Source: Desulfobacterales bacterium (GTDB taxonomy: Bacteria > Desulfobacterota > Desulfobacteria > Desulfobacterales > C00003060). Taken from it: 27,311 nt of DNA. The position numbers and the translations under genes are program-made. Location of the stretch: positions 1 to 27,311 of the forward strand of contig DAOVOU010000001.1 in NCBI GenBank assembly GCA_030629475.1, written 5' to 3'. Below the pieces are notes generated by a model, which worked only from the letters and a program-made list of their open reading frames with translations, did no database searches and was not told the origin of the DNA. Position 1 is the stretch's first letter. Every line of letters starts with the position of its first letter. Shown here in pieces: positions 9,601 to 17,600 of this stretch.

Positions 9601-12600
9601 GTTGCCAGGAGGATCAGGTGGATAGAGTGAGCAGCCCTTCCGAACCGGCACAGTTGCAGACGGACAGGCGCCCAATGCCAGAGGCGACACACGGGGTCGC
9701 AGCATCCCTGGCGGAGGCCTTGCGGCTTACCCAGAACAACATGGCCACGCTCGAGAGGTTTCAGGCCGAGACTGCAGAACTCCACCGTCAGTTTCTCGCG
9801 GGCCAGGAAAAGGCACAGAAAACCCTGCAATCGCTGATTGAACAACAGCAACAGCTCTTTCAAACGGCCTGGGGGGCCGGAGGGGCGATTCAAGCCGTGG
9901 AGACCGTACCAGAGCCTCCCCGCGATGGATTGGAACCGATTGCGGCATCAACACCCGACATGCCCGACATGCCCGACATGCCCGACAAGGCCGACATGCC
10001 CGACAAGGCCGCTCCGGCCGCAGAGGGTGATGAGGAGTATATTGAGAAGACGCTCCTTGAGGTGGTGGCAGAAAAGACCGGATACCCGGTGGAAATGCTT
10101 TCCTTAGAGATGGGGCTCGATTCTGACCTGGGTATTGACTCGATCAAGCGGGTGGAGATCCTCTCAGCCCTGGGCAAGAAGCTTCCTGATATGCCGTCAG
10201 TAGGGACCGAGCATTGGGGAAGCCTCCAGACGCTGGGACAAATTGCACAATTCCTGAGTGGCCAAAAGGATCTGGAAGAGAGCAAGGAGATTGAAGATGC
10301 CGCGGTTCAGACCTTGAGCCTGGAAGAAAGCGTATCCGAGAAGCCGGAGAGCCGAGAAGATACAGAAGATGCAATTGAAAGGCACGTACCCATGCCCGTA
10401 AGCCTCAATGACCACCCGGCTCGCAAGGGGATCACATTGCCCAGGGGGGGGCGCATCTGGGTGGCCGGGGACGGCTCTGCCCTGGCATCCGGGATCGTGG
10501 AAGAATTGAAACAGCGCGGTTATCGACCGGAATTGATTCATCTGGAAGCAGGAGGGCGGCTGGAGCCGCCTTCCCGGCTTGAGGGTTTGCTCATACTGTC
10601 GCAGGCGCCCAGGGTCGGGCATGATTTCCTGAAATCGGCATTTCATCTGCTGCAACAGGCCGGGCCTGTCTTGCGCCAGGCGGGGCGAAACCGCGGGGCT
10701 GTGCTTGCCACAGTGTCGCGTCTTGACGGGGCATTCGGACTCTACGGTCTTAATGGCAAGAGTGATCCCCTTTCCGGCGGGCTTGCCGGGCTCTCAAAGA
10801 CAGCGAGACATGAGTGGCCTGAAGTCCATTGCAAGGCCATGGACATTGATGCGGATGATGACAATGTGGAACAAATCGCCAGGGCCATCGCAGATGAGAT
10901 GTTCCTTACAGGCCCTGCAGAGGTTGGCATATCATCACGGGGCAGGATCAGCCTGGAGCTTTGCCCGGCGCCTATCAAGACCTGCCAGGTGACTACCGCG
11001 CTTCACCCTGGGGATGTGGTCGTCATCTCCGGGGGCGCCCGCGGGGTGACTGCCGAGGCTGCCGTGGCACTTGCCAGGGCATGGCAACCGGCTTTGGCGT
11101 TGTTGGGACGAAGCCCTCTCCCCCGTCCTGAGCCGGACTGGCTGGCCGGTCTTGTTGACGAGGTCTCCGTCAAGAAAGCCCTGCTTGAACACGCGGACAA
11201 GCCAATGGCCCCGAGAGAAATCGAGAGCGAGTACCACTCGATCATGGCCAACCGGGAAATCATCAAGAACCTTGAGCGTATCAATGCGGCTGGTTCGCGC
11301 CTGATTTACCGGTCAGTCGATGTCCGTGATCAGGAGGCCGTAGATGCGGTCATTAAGGAGATCCGGGCAGAACTCGGGCCGATCCGCGGGCTTATACACG
11401 GGGCAGGGACACTTGCCGATCGCCTGATTGAGGAAAAGACGCCTGAGCAGTTCGAGCTGGTCTACTCGACCAAGGTGAACGGGCTTATATCCCTCCTTTC
11501 CGCCCTTGAGTCAGAAGATCTCAAGTTTATGGGCCTCTTCTCATCGTCTACAGGCCGTTACGGCCGCACAGGTCAGGTCGACTATGCAGTGGCAAATGAG
11601 GTATTGAATAAGATGGCGCAAGAGCAGGCCCGTGAGCGGCCAGATTGTCGCGTGGTCGCCTTTAACTGGGGACCCTGGGACGGAGGGATGGTCACCCAGG
11701 CCTTAAAGAAGATGTTTCAGGACGAAGGTGTGGGACTGATCCCTCTTGAGGCAGGAGCCGAATACCTTGTCCGGGAACTCAGCTCCAACGGTGAACGGCC
11801 CGTGGAGGTGGTGGTTCTTGGAAAAGGCACTGCCATCCCGGCCGAGCAGACCGGGCATGGGTGCGAGGAAGGACCTTCAACATCCCCGTCGTACGCGGTG
11901 GCCCTGGAATATACGCTCTCGGTTGACGAGTATCCCTTCTTGAGGTCCCACGTGATTGATGGCCAGGCGGTCCTCCCAATGGCCGTCATCATCGAGTGGC
12001 TGGGCCACGGGGCCATGCACGGCAACCCGGGTTTGAAGTTTCATGGATTCAACGACCTTGAGATCCATTCCCGTTTGGCCCTTGACGGAAATGAGACCGT
12101 TCCCATTCGCATACGCGCAGGCAGGGCAAGAAGAGATGGGAGTGACTTGCTGGTCCCTGTGCAGTTGTGTTGCGTGGACGGCCCAGGAGAGATCGTTCAT
12201 GCCCAGGCAGATATTGTGCTGACCACTCGTATGGAGGCGGGGACACCGCGCTTTGCCGAGCCTGCCCTCAAACCGTATCCTCAAAATGGCAAGATTTACT
12301 CAAACGGCTCCCTCTTTCACGGCGAGGATTTTCCCGGCATAGAGAATATCGAAGGGTATTGCGATCAGGGGATGGTAGCCTGGAGCCGGTCAGCGCCTTC
12401 TCCCTCAGAGTGGATAAAACAACCCCTCCGGCAAAACTGGCTGTCAGACCCCCTTGTGCTTGATTCAAGCTTCCAGATGATGATCCTCTGGAGCCTGCAG
12501 GCGCATGGCGTCCCGTCACTTCCGGTATCGGCAAGCAGGTACCGCCAGTTTCAAACCGGCTTTTCCAAAAACGGAGTTCGAATCGTGATCCGGATTGCGG

Positions 12601-12743
12601 AGCAAAGCACTGCCCGTGTCCAGGCCGATATCGAATTCCTGGACCGCAATGGTCTACTCATTGCCCGCATGGAAGGCTATACGAGCCTTGAAAACCCATC
12701 ACTGGCTGAAACCTTCCGCCGGAACAGGTTGGATAGTGCCTGA
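6615..12743 (+). CDS. pfaA: PfaA-type iterative PKS/FAS: KS-AT(malonyl)-ACP(x1)-KR-DH
   Basis: KS: DAACASS, EAHGTGT, KSQIGH. AT: GHSFGE, SAAFHS. One ACP: DLGIDSIKRVEIL. KR: GGARGVT...GQVDYAVAN. DH: HVIDGQAVLP...DSSFQ. RBS-like TAAGGA upstream. Confidence 0.95.
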   Translation: MKKNKQTTEGGGNPQIPVAIIGIGCLFPKAENLGAYWANIKNRVDGITDIPKTHWDPDDYYDHDLGAKDRTCARRGGFLSPVEFNPLEFGISPRDIEAIDTTQLLGLLIAREALEDAGYGRKRQFDRSRTSVILGVTGALELVISLGARLGHPLWRRALKEAGVDEATTEDVVERLGDSYVGWQENSFPGLLGNVVAGRIANQLDLGGTNCVVDAACASSLSALHLANLELAAGRSDMVVTGGLDTFNHIFMYTCFSKTFALSQAGDARPFDQEADGTILGEGIGLVVLKRLEDARRDGDKIYAVIRGLGTSSDGKDNAIYTPSREGQIRAMQQAYRLAGVTPDTIDLVEAHGTGTRVGDEIETKALVDVYRSGHRQGTWCALGSVKSQIGHAKAAAGVAGLIKASMALYHKVLPPTIKVTRPFKSVAPGNSSFYVNIEKRPWMPRTEHPRRAVVSSFGFGGSNFHCALEEDEREKPGIDWDNDVQILAFSANSKDDLLSALEKWPLDLTWEEIVSRAAVTRGDFSPEHGFRLVLVIEKGGTDPASSIRQALSRLSGQEEEASWHTPDGVYFGSQANSGKLCVLFPGQGAQYVGMLRDVACQFPQMQDALAEADTVFSEHGNGDSDSRLSDHIYPHPEFSDNERLKNEDTLRDTRVAQPAIGAVSLGLFRILEHFGVAPDAVAGHSFGELVALCVSGRYQTTTLHSLSNLRGRLMAGNGGQHGSMLAAQAPAEDLVHIVQASGLGLVIANKNAPEQTVVSGPTHEIDQAAGLLGEKGIRHKRLNVSAAFHSPLVSHALSPFSEALENIYFSAASIPVYANSTAREYPQDEAQAREVLASQLVSPVEFVQEIENMYEAGVRAFVEVGPGRTLTGLVTSILKDRRHTALATDAARGKRSGIIDLARLLAHLASLGFAIQLDKWEDAAREPTETDEKKPAFTVSICGANYFKPKPAKPAVRPVSKPVSKIDRSVKEIPHTRETTIPMNRAHVSEHVSCRCQEDQVDRVSSPSEPAQLQTDRRPMPEATHGVAASLAEALRLTQNNMATLERFQAETAELHRQFLAGQEKAQKTLQSLIEQQQQLFQTAWGAGGAIQAVETVPEPPRDGLEPIAASTPDMPDMPDMPDKADMPDKAAPAAEGDEEYIEKTLLEVVAEKTGYPVEMLSLEMGLDSDLGIDSIKRVEILSALGKKLPDMPSVGTEHWGSLQTLGQIAQFLSGQKDLEESKEIEDAAVQTLSLEESVSEKPESREDTEDAIERHVPMPVSLNDHPARKGITLPRGGRIWVAGDGSALASGIVEELKQRGYRPELIHLEAGGRLEPPSRLEGLLILSQAPRVGHDFLKSAFHLLQQAGPVLRQAGRNRGAVLATVSRLDGAFGLYGLNGKSDPLSGGLAGLSKTARHEWPEVHCKAMDIDADDDNVEQIARAIADEMFLTGPAEVGISSRGRISLELCPAPIKTCQVTTALHPGDVVVISGGARGVTAEAAVALARAWQPALALLGRSPLPRPEPDWLAGLVDEVSVKKALLEHADKPMAPREIESEYHSIMANREIIKNLERINAAGSRLIYRSVDVRDQEAVDAVIKEIRAELGPIRGLIHGAGTLADRLIEEKTPEQFELVYSTKVNGLISLLSALESEDLKFMGLFSSSTGRYGRTGQVDYAVANEVLNKMAQEQARERPDCRVVAFNWGPWDGGMVTQALKKMFQDEGVGLIPLEAGAEYLVRELSSNGERPVEVVVLGKGTAIPAEQTGHGCEEGPSTSPSYAVALEYTLSVDEYPFLRSHVIDGQAVLPMAVIIEWLGHGAMHGNPGLKFHGFNDLEIHSRLALDGNETVPIRIRAGRARRDGSDLLVPVQLCCVDGPGEIVHAQADIVLTTRMEAGTPRFAEPALKPYPQNGKIYSNGSLFHGEDFPGIENIEGYCDQGMVAWSRSAPSPSEWIKQPLRQNWLSDPLVLDSSFQMMILWSLQAHGVPSLPVSASRYRQFQTGFSKNGVRIVIRIAEQSTARVQADIEFLDRNGLLIARMEGYTSLENPSLAETFRRNRLDSA
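9954..10010 (+). repeat. In-frame 9 bp tandem repeat (PDM/PDK) in the pre-ACP linker
   Basis: CCCGACATG x3, CCCGACAAG, GCCGACATG, CCCGACAAG = PDMPDMPDMPDKADMPDK. Confidence 0.9.
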
Positions 12744-12832
12744 ACCAAGAGTCCGTTCAGGCATGATTAAAGATAATTCCTGCAACGCTCTTGTCTTGAG
12801 ATTGTTGCAAGAATACCGTACAATCCAGCAGC

Positions 12833-13287
12833 ACGATACCAAGAATCTGCGATCTTCCCTTAAATCGGTCATTCTTCCTATTTGGACCTCGACAGACCGG
12901 AAAGAGTACCCTGGTCAATTCCGCTTATTATCCTTGAAACTTACCGTCTCTTGCGCTATCGCCAAAGTGAGGCCTGTATCTATGTTCTGGCGCACTAACC
13001 AGGGCGCGGGAGTGGATTTGATCATTGAAAAATATGGAAAAACAATCGGTGCCTTTGAGATTAAATCTCAGAGTCATATTACCGGCGCCCATCTAACCGG
13101 TCTCCGATCTTTTCAAACTGAATATCCGGAAGTCCCCCTGCACGTCATAGCCATGGTTGAGAATCCTTATCGTATTGAAGATATATTGATTGTATCCTGG
13201 AAGATATATCTGGAAGAGTTGGTTGAAAATTCCTTTAGGGCTCGGCAAGAAATAACTTCGCAGAATTGGCGCTCAGATTTGGGTTAG
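12833..13287 (+). pseudogene. AAA+ ATPase/DUF4143 family gene: internally deleted, frameshifted, start mutated
   Basis: ACG-IPRICDLPLNRSFFLFGPRQTGKSTLV (Walker A at 12884-12910) stops at 12935. A second frame gives LIILETYRLLRYRQSE from 12924. A third frame gives FWRTNQGAGVDLIIEK...AFEIKS (nuclease-like C-terminus). Confidence 0.75.
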
Positions 13288-13309
13288 ATTTGGTCGATCC
13301 GATTAATGA
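13235..13309. repeat. Dispersed TTAGGGCTCG...AGATTTGGGTT element, copy 1
   Basis: Aligns with 26756-26872; overlaps the 3' end of the DUF4143 remnant. Confidence 0.7.
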
Positions 13310-13363
13310 GAATCGATCAAAGATGACTTGAAGCTGAGATGCGAAAATCGCTAAATTACTACA

Positions 13364-13777
13364 ATGGAGAAAGCCTTGGAAACAACAACAGCGTCCCTGA
13401 TCCTGGCAGCAGGAAGGGGTACCCGAATGAAAGACTTCGATGGCAGCAAAACCCTTCTTCCCCTGCATCCGGGAAAATCACATTACGAAGGTAGCAACCC
13501 TATCCTATTGGAAATTCTAAACAATCTGCCCTCCGGGCCAAAGGCTGTGGTTGTCAATCACAGAAAGGAAGATGTGATAGATGCCACACGGAGGTTTAAC
13601 CTGACATACTGTGAACAACCAGTGTTGAACGGTACCGGCGGAGCATTGCTTGCGGCCCGTGAATTTGTGGAAGTCCAGGAATGCGATCACCTGATCATCA
13701 CCATGGGAGATGTGCCCCTGGTCAAGAGTGCCACATACAGGGAACTTGCCGAAAACCTGAAAAACAACAGCCTGACA
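13364..13777 (+). pseudogene. GlmU-like nucleotidyltransferase, 5' half (ORF reads into the insertion and stops at 13834)
   Basis: LILAAGRGTRMK, EQPVLNGTGGA and MGDVPLV are N-terminal motifs of sugar-phosphate nucleotidyltransferases. Confidence 0.85.
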
Positions 13778-13987
13778 CCTAAAGTGATCGGTTCCAGGTT
13801 CAGGGTTCAAGGTTCAAAGGTTATAGTCTACTGATATCCTTAACTTTATAACACAATGCTTAGATTAGCCTCTTTCACCCATTGGGTGAAACATAACATT
13901 CGTCCCTATTGACGCGTCATCCTTTTGCTAACAGCCAGTTAGGGCTCTTCAACCGGGAACCGTGAACGTTGAACCGCTCAACCCAGG
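13778..13987. mobile_element. 210 bp non-autonomous MITE-like insertion with 5 bp TSD (TGACA)
   Basis: TGACA at 13773-13777 and 13988-13992 flanks the insert. Ends CCT...AGG; imperfect ~40 bp inverted arms of GGTTCA-type heptads. Removing it restores the frame ...NSL-T-VLGFRPED. Confidence 0.85.
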
Positions 13988-13992
13988 TGACA

Positions 13993-14403
13993 GTGCTTGG
14001 ATTCAGGCCTGAGGATAAGAAGCAGTACGGTGTACTGGAAGTAGAAGGTGATCAGGTAAAAAAAATCATCGAATGGAAATACTGGAAAACATTCTCAGAA
14101 GGAAAGCAGGAAGAACTTCAGATCTGCAATTCAGGGATTTATGCTGTAAGGAAAAATGATCTTATCCACTGCCTCTCTGTACTTGCATCAAGACCTCACA
14201 TAGTGCACAAGGAAATTAACGGGAAACTGACCGAGGTGGAAGAATTTTTTATCACAGACATTGTGGAATATATGAATGACGATGATTTGCCTGTAGGATA
14301 CGTGATTGGGGATGAAAATGAGGTCATGGGTGTTGACGACCTTTCTGCGATCATAAAGGCCCAGGAGCTTTTTATGAAGGCTACTCAGAAAAACAACTTG
14401 TAG
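13993..14403 (+). pseudogene. GlmU-like nucleotidyltransferase, 3' half
   Basis: VLGFRPEDKKQYG, CNSGIY, FFITDIV and EVMGVDD match the GlmU uridyltransferase second half. No left-handed beta-helix acetyltransferase domain follows. In-frame TTG (13969) and GTG (13987) lie in the element arm. Confidence 0.85.
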
Positions 14404-14474
14404 CACAATTGGCAACGAATTTCCAGACTGCCTTGCTTAATCACACACATAAGAACTTAGGGGCTCCGCTTAGT

Positions 14475-14507
14475 TCCCCCTCCCCTCGCGGGAGAGGGTG
14501 AGGGGGA
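14475..14507. repeat. CCCCTCACCCTCTCCC...GGGAGAGGG-type REP-like hairpin
   Basis: TCCCCCTCCCCTCGCGGGAGAGGGTGAGGGGGA; C-rich/G-rich imperfect palindrome. Confidence 0.55.
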
Positions 14508-14542
14508 AAACGGCCGTCACCCTTGACCTCACGATGGTGTCC

Positions 14543-14574
14543 TTGCCTTAAGCTAATAGTTTGTGTTACCTAAC
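14543..14574 (+). promoter_or_regulatory. Candidate promoter/operator upstream of pfaBC-oleABCD
   Basis: TTGCCTTA-N13-TGTTACCTAAC; matches the motif at 4575-4605. Confidence 0.4.
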
Positions 14575-14669
14575 CAAGACGCTTTCTTGCTGTTCCGAAC
14601 GTTTTTGTTGTCATGTTGGGCTGACAGTAGATGCATGGATTTCGCAGGCTGGTTTAGGCACAATCACCA

Positions 14670-17600
14670 ATGAAAAAGGAGCCGACCATAGCCATTGTTG
14701 GAATCGGCGGGATCTTTCCGGGGGCGCACACGCTGGAGGATTTCTGGGACAACGTCTCTGGCGGCATTGATGCTGCACGAGACGTACCTGAGGGCCGCTG
14801 GCTGCTTGACCCCAGGGATGTGCTGAAGAGCACGCCTGGCGCTGCCGACAAGGTCTATTCGATTCGCGCATGCTTTATCGAGGATTTCAAGCTCGATGTT
14901 GCCGGGTTGGGCCTCGATCCTGACTCGATAGCCCGCCTTGATCCCATGTGCCATCTTCTCCTCCATGCCGGCAGGGAGGCCTTTTCCGATGCTGTCACGC
15001 AGAATTTGGACAAGCGCCGGGTCGGGGTCATTATTGGAAACATCGCCTTGCCGACCGAGAAATCGACGGCCCTGGCCCTGGAGATCCTGGGGCCGACTTT
15101 TGAAGAAAAGATCCCCGGTCTCAACAATGTGATCTCCCCTGTCGCCACCGAACCGATCAACCGGTACGTAACCGGGCTCCCTGGCGGGCTCCTGGCTAGA
15201 GCCCTCGGCCTGGCAGGAGCGACTTTTACGATAGATGCCGCGTGTGCTTCTTCTCTTTATGCCCTGAAACTCGGCGCAGATGCCTTAAAGGCCGGCCGGG
15301 CCGATGCCATGCTCGTGGGAGGGCTTTCCCGCCCCGATTGCATGTACACGCAGATGGGGTTTTCACAGCTCAGGGCCTTATCCGCGCAGGGACGGTGCGC
15401 GCCCTTTGATGTGCATGGCGACGGCCTTGTGGTGGGTGAGGGCGCAGGCATCGTGGTCATCAAGCGGCTTGAAGATGCTCTTCGCGACGGGGATCATATT
15501 TACGGGACGATTCGCGGCACAGGGCTTTCTAATGACGTGCGGGGCAATCTGCTCGCCCCAGATTCAGAAGGGCAGTTGAGGGCCATGCGGCCTGCATACA
15601 CCCAGGCGGGCTGGCGTCCCTGGGATGTCGATTTCATAGAGTGTCATGCCACTGGAACGCCCGTGGGGGACAGAGTGGAATTTGACAGCCTGCGCACACT
15701 TTGGGGTGATAATGATTCCAAAGGGCGCCAGTGTGTGCTCGGCGCGGTCAAATCGAATATAGGGCACCTCCTCACAGGGGCAGGCGCAGCAGGGCTCATC
15801 AAGGCGCTGCTGGCCATCAAGAACAAGACACTTCCGCCCACAGCCAATTTTGTCTCTCCCAATCCAGGCCTGAGAATGCCTGATTCGCCTTTTGAGGTCC
15901 TGTCGCAGAGCCGCCCATGGCAAGAGCGAGACAAGAAAGCGCCCCGCCGGGCAGCCGTAAGCGCCTTTGGATTCGGAGGGATCAATGCCCACGTCTTGAT
16001 CGAGGAATGGCTTCCCGAGACCGGGAACGTGAGAGTGCAGGTACCTGTACAGGTACCAGGGGTTCGTGCTATCCCGATTGCCATTGTCGGCATGGAAGCC
16101 TCTTTCGGACCATGGACCGGCCTCAGGGCCTTTCAGGAGAGGGTGCTCGGGGGAGATGCGACTGCAAGGCCGGGAGTTGATCGTCAATGGTGGGGTGTGG
16201 CAGAAAGCAATTGGTTTCAAGCCGGTGGTCTGACCCCTTCTCGCTTCCGGGGTTTTTTCATCGACAAACTCAGGGTGCCGTTAGGGAAGTACCGGATTCC
16301 TCCCAAAGAGTTGGAAGAGATGCTCCCCCAGCAGTTACTCATGCTGGAGGTGGCCGCAGGCGCCCTAAAAGATGGTGGATACTCAGATGAAGAGGGCCTT
16401 CAAACCGGGCTTTTTATCGGCATAGGGTTGGACCTTTGCACTACAAATTTTCATTTCCGATGGTCCCTTTCAGAACGGGCCAGGGAATGGACCAAGACAC
16501 TGGGCCTGGACCTCACACACGAAGATCTGGCAGCCTGGATTACGGCACTGCGTGACGCTGCCGGGGAACCACTCACTGCAAATCGCACCATGGGGGCCCT
16601 GGGGGGAATTGTGGCCAGCCGTATCGCCAGGGAGTTCCGGATCGGTGGGCCGAGTCATACTCTTTCCAGTGAAGAGAGTTCTGCCATGAGCGCCCTGGAA
16701 GTCGGGGTCCGTGCCCTTCAGAGAGGCGAAATCGACCAGGCCCTTGTGGGAGCGGTCGATTTCACTGGTGATATCCGCGCTCTTTTGAGCACGCATGCGG
16801 GTCGCCCATATTCGGCCACTGGCAGAGTGCGCCCCTTTGACATTGGGGCCGACGGCACGATCCCCGGCGAAGGTGCTGCAGCCGTGATGCTGAAAAAGCT
16901 GGACGATGCGGTCCGGGACGCAAACCGCATCTATGCTGTTATCCGCGGAATCGGGGCTGCCACCGGCGGCCGTGCCGACTCCCTTGTTCCGGGCACCCAT
17001 ACCTATGAGTCGGCCCTTGAGCGGGCCTATCAGGATGCGGGTGTGGATCCTGCCACAATCCGGTTGCTTGAAACCCATGGGAGTGGATCGCCCGAAGAGG
17101 ATTGCATGGAGGCGTCTTCATTAAGGCGTTTCTTTGGGCAGGACAAGGAGAGAACATCGCTTTTCTTGAGTAGTGTGAAGGCAGATATCGGCCATGCGGG
17201 TGCGGCCTCTGGGCTCGCCTCTCTTGTAAAGGCGAGCATATCTCTTTATCAGGAGATATTGCCCCCCCTTCGGAACTCAGAGAGTTGCCTGCCCGGCATA
17301 GAGAAATCCGGCTTTGTCTTGCCACAGGCCCCGCAATACTGGCTGCACAACCGGGCTGAAGGACCGCGGCGAGCAGGGGTGAGCTCGTTTAGTGTAGACG
17401 GAAACTGCACACACGTGGTCCTCGAGGCCTTTGAAGGCCCTTCAGGCCAAGCGCGGGCTGTCGATCGCCTCCAGCCCCTGGGCGTGCGGGATGAGGCCCT
17501 CTTTGCCATAGAGGGAGCTGATGCTGATGCCTTGAGGGCACAATTGGATCGGCTGCACCAGCATGTTGCATCCGATCCGTCACGGCCCATCGAGTACTGG

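Noticed and set aside
12595-12832. N-terminal half of the 230 aa ORF 12595-13287
   Set aside because: Alternative frame of the pfaA 3' end plus intergenic DNA; only the part from about 12982 has family similarity.
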